DNA from: Basidiobolus meristosporus CBS 931.73
Lineage: Eukaryota; Fungi; Basidiobolomycota
Direction: 5' to 3'
NCBI GenBank assembly: GCA_002104905.1
Contig: MCFE01000109.1
Coordinates: forward strand, 62,001-126,000
DNA: 64,000 bases
The notes beneath the pieces were generated by a model. That model was not told the origin of the DNA. It saw only the letters and a list, made by a program, of their open reading frames with translations, and ran no database searches. Positions 57,256 to 64,000 of the stretch are shown in pieces (the stretch's first letter is position 1; every line of letters begins with the position of its first letter). The position numbers and the translations under genes are program-made.

Positions 57256-58369
57256 CCCCTGTTGTTGCCTTGAAAGGGTCTGGGGTACCCTCTTTGCTGA
57301 TTTTCATTGATGACAAAGTTTAGACTTTTCAAAAAGATTTGCATGATGACAAAGTTTAGATCTTGGAAAAAGTTTGGTTGAGAAAGTTTTGCGTGATGAC
57401 AAAGCTTAGACTTTCATTGTTAATTAAAGTATTTCTTGTCCCTTCTTGTTAGCACTTGGTTTTATTAATGCTTTATGTAGGGGCCATTCTTACACATAAT
57501 TAGAGGTCTAATCTTCAGTTTTGGACTCTAGGGCTGATAGAAGGCCTTAGAACCTGTCTGCCAAGCTATTTGGGAAATTCACCATCACATCTTTGTCATT
57601 AGTTGGTACACTCATGGATTCCATCTCATTAACCAATATGGTAGTTCTGCTAATAAATTTTACTTCTTCTCCTAGCTGCATCTTTGTGGCAAGGAATATT
57701 TTGTCCAAGATTCATTTTTTTAGCAGCTGACCATGACTAGAAGGTGTCTTCTGATGCCTTCCCGGCATTCTTTGCTGTTATTACTCTTAATCATTGAATT
57801 TGCAATTTGTCTTTAATGTTAAGGCAAATGCAGTGAAAGGCATTTTGTTTGTTCTTCTGGCACTTTAAGGCATCTACTCCTATGCTTTTAGGAGTGCATT
57901 CTGCTCCCATAAGAAATCCTCAGAGCCTTGTTCCTGTTGCATACAGGGAAAAACTTCAGCAATAGCCGCAGTAGAGATTGCAGAGAGTGACAGCTCAGGG
58001 CTCATATCCCACTGTAAGAGTCTCAGAGATATTGGAAGTGATTGGGCAAACAAGTAGATTACAAGGTTTTACTCAATGATTTATTAAATGAAAGTAGTAT
58101 TTATACTTTACATAGTCTTGGCATTGCCAGCTCAAAGAATATGCTTAGGAAGGTCCCATGAGCATATGTGCAAAGTTTAAGGCTGCTTGGACAACTTTGG
58201 GAATTTTCATGGTTGGGGTACCTGAGGTTTTGGTGAAAGCATTCCTAGTAGATCCCAACCAGGTATCTGGTCATTATTCTGTAAGATTTGTAAGTAGCAG
58301 TCTAAGTGGTTAGGTTATGTTAATATTTTGGTGGAATAATGGATTTCTACAACAGTTCTATGGATATGA

Positions 58370-58740
58370 GCTTTATGCTGCAGTTAAGTGAGCTTTTAGA
58401 TACTTGAGAGGAGCTGCGGTTATCTGCTTAAGGACACCTATGAGGATTCAGAATACTATCTTTTGGGATACTCTGATGTGGGCTGGGAGTAAAGTTTAGG
58501 GGACAGAAACACACCATTTGATACATCTTTCTTTTCTAAAAAGAAGCAATGTCATGGAACTCCATAAAGCAGCCAATCTTAGCACCTTTACTGCAGAGGC
58601 ACAGTGAGTGGCATCCTGTGAGGATAAAAGAAAAGATATGACTGAGAACACTCTTCTACAACTATGATATGCGCAATTATACTCTGCACTATATTTCAAC
58701 CTAATCACTGATGTATACACCAGGTAGAAGTCCAACTCTT
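58370..58740 (+). mobile_element. Ty1/copia RT-end/RNase H remnant
   Basis: VK*AFRYLRG, then LLGYSDVGWE*SLGDRNT...AMSWNSIKQ (copia GYSDADWAG..DRKST..SW.SKKQ). Confidence 0.7.
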
Positions 58741-59399
58741 GGTACTAGTATATATTGTTAGTTTTGTAAATACACCCCAACACCCATCTAACTTTGTCAT
58801 ATAGTACATTTCCTGCAAATCATTCAGAAATCTGACTAAATTCCCAGCCAGGATCTACTTTGAGTACTCTCACCAATAAATCAGGTGCCCAGAACATTAG
58901 ATTCCTAAAGATTGCCTAAGCAGCCTTGAACTTTGCACACATTGTCTTGGGACCTTCTTAAAGATGTTTTATGGGATTGCTTTGCCAAAACCATGTGAAG
59001 TTACTAATACTACTTTATATCAGTTATTAGTCAGGTGAGATCTATATGATCAACTTGTTCTCCCAATCACTTCCAATATTTTCAAAACTCTGACTGCCAG
59101 TTTTGAACACCTGTCTGTCACTCTCTGCAATATCTACTCTTGCTAGAAGTGGAATGTTTCCTGCTGACAAGTCAATTTGATCTAATATCAAGTCAGACAG
59201 GTGAAGATAAAGATACTCTAGCTGGAAATAGGCCTTTGTGATATTGCTTTGGGACAAGAATCCCCTTCTAAAGGTGTAGGAGAAGAAGCCTTAATGTATT
59301 GGAAGAAAGAACCAAGTGCCTTTAACTGCATTTGCTTGCACATTAAAGACAAATTGCTAATTCTATGCTCAATAGCATAGACAGCATTTGACTTTTGGG

Positions 59400-61480
59400 A
59401 GGTGTTAAAAGACAACTATCAGTCAAGTTTGACTGCTCAGAAAATGCATCTTAGACACAAAAATTCTGTACAATAAAGATGCCACCAGGAGTAGAAATGA
59501 AGAATCCAATTCACAGAATTACCTTGTTAGTTGGTGAGAGGGAATTGTTGGGTATACAAACTACAGATGAAGATATTATAGTTATTCTCCAGAGTAGTCT
59601 GACAGACAAGGTTCAGGGACTTGTATTAAACCTAAAGTGCAGAAATGAGGATTTGACATTAAATTATATGTGAGGAAGGCTTGTTGATTAGGATATAAAA
59701 AAATCAAGTGCCAATAAGAAGGAAGAAAGATAATAGACTTGTTCTGTTGGATAGTGCCACATTGAGCCATGAGTGCCAAATGATGCCGTAGTGTGCCAGA
59801 GAGGTAAAGTGAGCCTTTACTTGGCCACAGAGTGTGAAACATAGCTCTGCATCTTCAGGTAAAGCAGCCCCTGTGTTTCACCAATTGCGCAGGAGAAAAT
59901 CCATTTTTTGACCTTTTTTTGTGGATCAATGTAGCTCAGGATGTGTAAGAGCACAGGAGAACCAAAGATATGCATCTAGTACTCAATACCCATGGCACTC
60001 TGAATCTAGCTCCTGTAGCTTGTATCATGTCACAAAAATGCATGGCACTATCTTGGTCCACTGGCATTATCTGGCACTATAAGTGCTTTGTATAGATCTT
60101 ACTTTAGGGCTAATACTTAAATATAGTGCCAGATAGTGCCAGTGGACCAAGATAGTGCCATGCATTTTTGTGACATGATACAAGCTACAGGAGCTAGATT
60201 CAGAGTGCCATGGGTATTGAGTACCAGATGCATATCTTCAATCTGCTTGTGCTCAAACACATCCAGCACAACATTGATCCAAAAAAAAGGTCAAAAAATG
60301 GATTTTCTCCAACACAATGGGTGAAACACAGGGGCTGCTTTGCATGAAGATGCAGAACTATGTTTCACACTCTGTGGCCAGGTAGAGGCTCACTTGGCCT
60401 CTCTGGCACACTGTGGTATCATTTGGCACTCATGGCTCAATGTGGCACTATCCAACGGAACAAGTCTATTCTTTGATAAGTAATGATTACCAGCAAAATA
60501 AGTACTCATGATCTTATAAGCATAGCAGCAATCTTTCTTGCAGCTACTGCAAAAGTAAAGGAAGCACATCACACTGGTGCATCAAAAGGACTGATTATCA
60601 TCAGAAAAAGCCAGAGTATGGAAATGCTGCAACAACTAAGGATAGACTATCTGCATCTGCATCAGATAGAACCACAAGCAAGGATTCTGAGATATGGTAT
60701 ATTGACTTTGAAGCATCTCAACACTTTACACATCAAAAAGTACCTTTTACCCAATATTAGGAAATTCTAATCAAGCATGTTTTCATTAGAGATTACAGAG
60801 CACTTGATGTAGTTAGAAAAGGAGCCACTTAAGTGAACTGTTGTAGTAGTCTAGGAAGCCACACATCCACCCTCAAAGAACTACTCTGTGAGCCAGAAGT
60901 AGAAATGAACTTGGTAAATATAAGCAAGGTCACAGCAGAAGAACTCAGTTTCAGTTTTGATGGCTCTGGATACAGGATTGGTAACCAAAATGGTGTCCAT
61001 ATTGCTTCAGGTATCTAAGATCACATTCTACACAGGCTGACCTATTTTGCAACATATGTGGAAGCCAAATAGGTAACTTGAATGAAAATAACACCAATGC
61101 TTTGGTACCTAAGATCCAAACACATCAATTTGATTATTTCAGCTATATGCTCAAAAACAGCTGATTTCTGGAGTGAAACTGATCTTGCAGCTAATTTGGA
61201 AAACTGTGAGACCTATGTATCTGGGAAACAAGCCAAACAACTACTCAAGAGCCCTGTGTTAATCAAAACTAAGAAAAATTAGATCTAGCTCACTCAAATC
61301 TGTGTCAATCAATGCAAAATATATTGTTGGGTGGAATGAAGTATTTAGTAGCATTTATTAATGATTATACAAGATACACATAAGTGTACCTCACAGAGAG
61401 AAAGGAAGAAACTCTGTTAAAGCTGAAGGGGCTTAAAGTAATAGTTAACAGAGAATCATATGAGGAACCATGAAAAAATG
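59400..61480 (+). mobile_element. Ty1/copia gag to integrase remnant, split by a MITE
   Basis: LQSSLTDKVQGLV (gag), LWYLRSKHIN and CETYVSGKQ (pre-integrase zinc finger), DLAHSNLC and YLVAFINDYTRYT (integrase). Confidence 0.7.
59735..60467. mobile_element. Foldback MITE copy 3 (733 bp), spacer in reverse orientation
   Basis: AGACTTGTTC...GGAACAAGTCT termini. Flanks are AAT and ATT (ANT, one mismatch). Confidence 0.9.
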
Positions 61481-61803
61481 TCAGGCAAATTTGATGTAGA
61501 TAGATGTACAAGACAAAATACAATGCTTATGGTGCAAGTGAAGGATATCAAATAAGATCTTTAGCTAAAGTATACTCTTAAATAAGGGACTGGCCAACAC
61601 TGAAGCCTTTGCACCTGGAGCCAGGTATATTCTCATCAGACTATATTAGACTTATTCCATTGGATAGTGCCAGATCAATCTGGCACCCTACAGCACTATC
61701 TGGCAGCATAATTTCTACCATGATGCCAGTGGTATGATACAGTTACTGGTAATTTTACTCAATCTTACTTATGCTGCTCATAATAGTGCTTTCCTTGCTT
61801 TAT

Positions 61804-62902
61804 TTACTCTTCATAATGCTCCAGACACATTTCTCTCAGTGGATGTCTTCTTGTATGAGCATACTGTGCATTAATAGACTTGTTCCATCATTCCAGCAGA
61901 TCATAGTGCCCAATAGTGCCATAGCATGCCATATGATGCCTGATCATGCCACAGAGTGCCAGATAGTGCCATACAGTGCCAATTTGGGATCAAAATTGAC
62001 TTGCATATGACCCTAAAATATCAAATTAATAACAAAGTATACAGCACTTTCTGGCACTATGATCAATGGCACAATGCAACAAGTCTAATAAGTATCTTAA
62101 CTATTTTACCTATTCTGCTGTTTTCTCCTATATATGACTTTCCTCTGTATTTACCTGCCAATATGCTGAATCTCTTCAGATATCTAAATGTGTGCTCTAC
62201 CCTCACTCTGAAATGATTAAATATCTCATTCTAGAGCTTCTGCTTTCTGCTAAGCACACCATTCCTTGGCTTCCTATAAGCTGTAATACATCCTAATCAG
62301 TGACAATCCTCTCCTATATAGGCTAAGTCTGCCATACATTTCTCTCCTCTACTGAACTCAGGATGATTCTCTACCCAGAGTCCTTTGTCATGCCTACTTC
62401 CAGCAAATGGCCCACTAGACCAGATGATGTAACCCTCAATGTCAGACAGTGCTTGAAACTTCACACAGTGTGCCTTGTACCTCTCAGAATAAAAGTGCCT
62501 CTGCCCTCTAGAAGGTCTGTTAGTCCTCACTGGGAAGGTATCCAAAATACTCCTGATATGGAACCTGTTGCTGAACACTCTGGGATATGGAAGTCTATTG
62601 GAGCTTCTGAATCTACTATTCCAAGCTTGCTCTAAGTCATTCATACACTCTGCAAGGTGGTTCTCCATTGCTGTCAGCTGGGAATGAAAGCTTCTAGGAC
62701 TTTTATTGCCATGGATGGTGGGATGAAACCTTGTAGGGCAATAGTTCTTGTAATAGCAGAGAAGCTTAACAAGGGATCTCCTTGAGTAGATTGGGGTAGA
62801 TGGTCCACAGTACTTGGAATAGATCTCCTCTAGTGTTTCAAAAGGAAATCTAGTGGTAGTGATGGGATTTATGAGAAAAGACCATTCAGATGAATAAGTC
62901 AT
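61804..62902 (-). pseudogene. Transposase pseudogene of copy 2
   Basis: Near-identical to 45405-46289, with a premature stop at 62297 and a MITE insertion. Confidence 0.9.
61876..62086. mobile_element. 211-bp MITE inserted in the transposase gene of its own superfamily element
   Basis: TSD AAT (61873-61875, 62087-62089). The empty site CATTAATAAGTATC is present in copy 1 (reverse complement near 46211-46224). Confidence 0.93.
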
Positions 62903-63352
62903 ATTAAAATGGTGGATGATTGTATGGAGGCAGTTTGAATCAATTTGGTGCAATCTGTGTTATTTATCTGATTTTTAATGCATTATGATTAAATCTCCAT
63001 CAATTGCCATGTATCCCATCATTATGTCACAAAAATCATCCGCAAACAATGCCTTGGTACTTTTATTGATGCTTTACTCATAGGTCTATAATCAAATAGG
63101 AAATCTGCAATTGATGTGTTCTGATTTGTGTCAATGCAATCCAAGATGCATCATGCATAATATATGGAAAATTCAACAATCACATTAGTTTTCATATATA
63201 CTTCATATAAGACCAGGTTGATGCCAATATACTGCTGTATAAGTATCCAAATCCATTGCTATGGTCCCCATACCAAGTCTCAACTCATCTTTAGTACAAC
63301 CCAGACAAAACCCATCCCCAGCTCACAAGTGCAGTCTGGACTGGAAAGGTTG

Positions 63353-64000
63353 ATGTTGGATCTAATTGAGTTCTTGCCAAATGATTTTAGTATGGCCCAA
63401 GTGTCTATGATGAGCCTTCATACAGATAGTTGGGTACTACTGATTAATCTAGCAGACCTAGACACCTCTGAGAGTTGACAAAGATGGAAGAATTTGAGTA
63501 GAAAGCTGTGGCATGAGTTCTACATCAAGATGCCAGCCAATGTATGTAACAAGATATATAACAAGACAAGTATTGAAGTCAAGAATGAGCTGAGAGTGAG
63601 GGGATTTGATGAAGAAGCCATGCAAGAACAATTTTGCGTGCAATTTGCACAGTACAGGCCGGACGCGTCCATTTGTGCCTCAACTTTGGGAACCAAAGAG
63701 ATTTGAGTGAGTTTTGCCTCAAATGACTAATGTGCTACGTGATATATTAGTAGAGCTAAGTGGCTTCCAAGAGCAATATACACAGGACTCATCCAGGCAA
63801 CAGCTCCAAAGTATCAGACAGAGGGTAAGTGAATACCTCAAGGAATCAGAAGGTGAGCTTCAGGAGGAAGAATACAGACCGCAAGCAACATTGTCCAGAT
63901 CACATCAGCACACCTGGCTGGATTCCTTACCATCTCTGGCAACCACAGCATGCCAGTGCACGTCAGTCCAGACTATGCCAACACCCTTTACCAGAACACT
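63353..64000 (+). pseudogene. ORF2 pseudogene of copy 2
   Basis: Homologous to ORF2. CGA (Arg) has become TGA at 63476-63478, with further stops downstream. Confidence 0.85.

Larger units (their letters stand above)
61648..64000 (-). mobile_element. Second, decayed copy of the PHIS/Pangu-like transposon (inverted, runs off the window)
   Basis: Starts ATT|AGACTTATTCC and is colinear with the reverse complement of 44320-46472. Confidence 0.93.

Overview
This is 64 kb of eukaryotic DNA made almost entirely of transposable elements (about 40% GC, strongly CpG-depleted). A fungal host is my guess; the sequence does not identify it. I found no intact host gene, RNA gene or CRISPR array. (1) Ty3/gypsy family A dominates, with about 8 copies and fragments. 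One copy is intact and very recent (11512-16449, single 1377-aa Gag-Pol ORF, LTRs differing at 1 of 368 nt, TSD AGAG), and one has matching 131-bp mini-LTRs (34580-48318). (2) A two-ORF PIF/Harbinger-superfamily DNA transposon (43091-46472, TIR AGACTTGTTCC, 3-bp ANT target duplications, consistent with the Pangu group) has a decayed second copy, an ORF2 fragment and two MITE families: about 732-bp foldbacks (3 copies) and 210-bp elements (2 copies). (3) A second LTR family appears as about 1.2-kb solo LTRs carrying a TAAAGGGG array. (4) There are several Ty1/copia remnants and unclassified repeats. (5) A pseudogene of an AIG1/GIMAP-like P-loop GTPase, missed by the ORF track, can be rebuilt by removing a solo LTR. 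The most striking observation is that the intact transposase ORF has no CpG in 885 nt, while its partner ORF in the same element is CpG-rich. Older TE copies throughout the window have decayed mainly at CpG sites. All coordinates and counts were read by hand; boundaries of decayed remnants are approximate.
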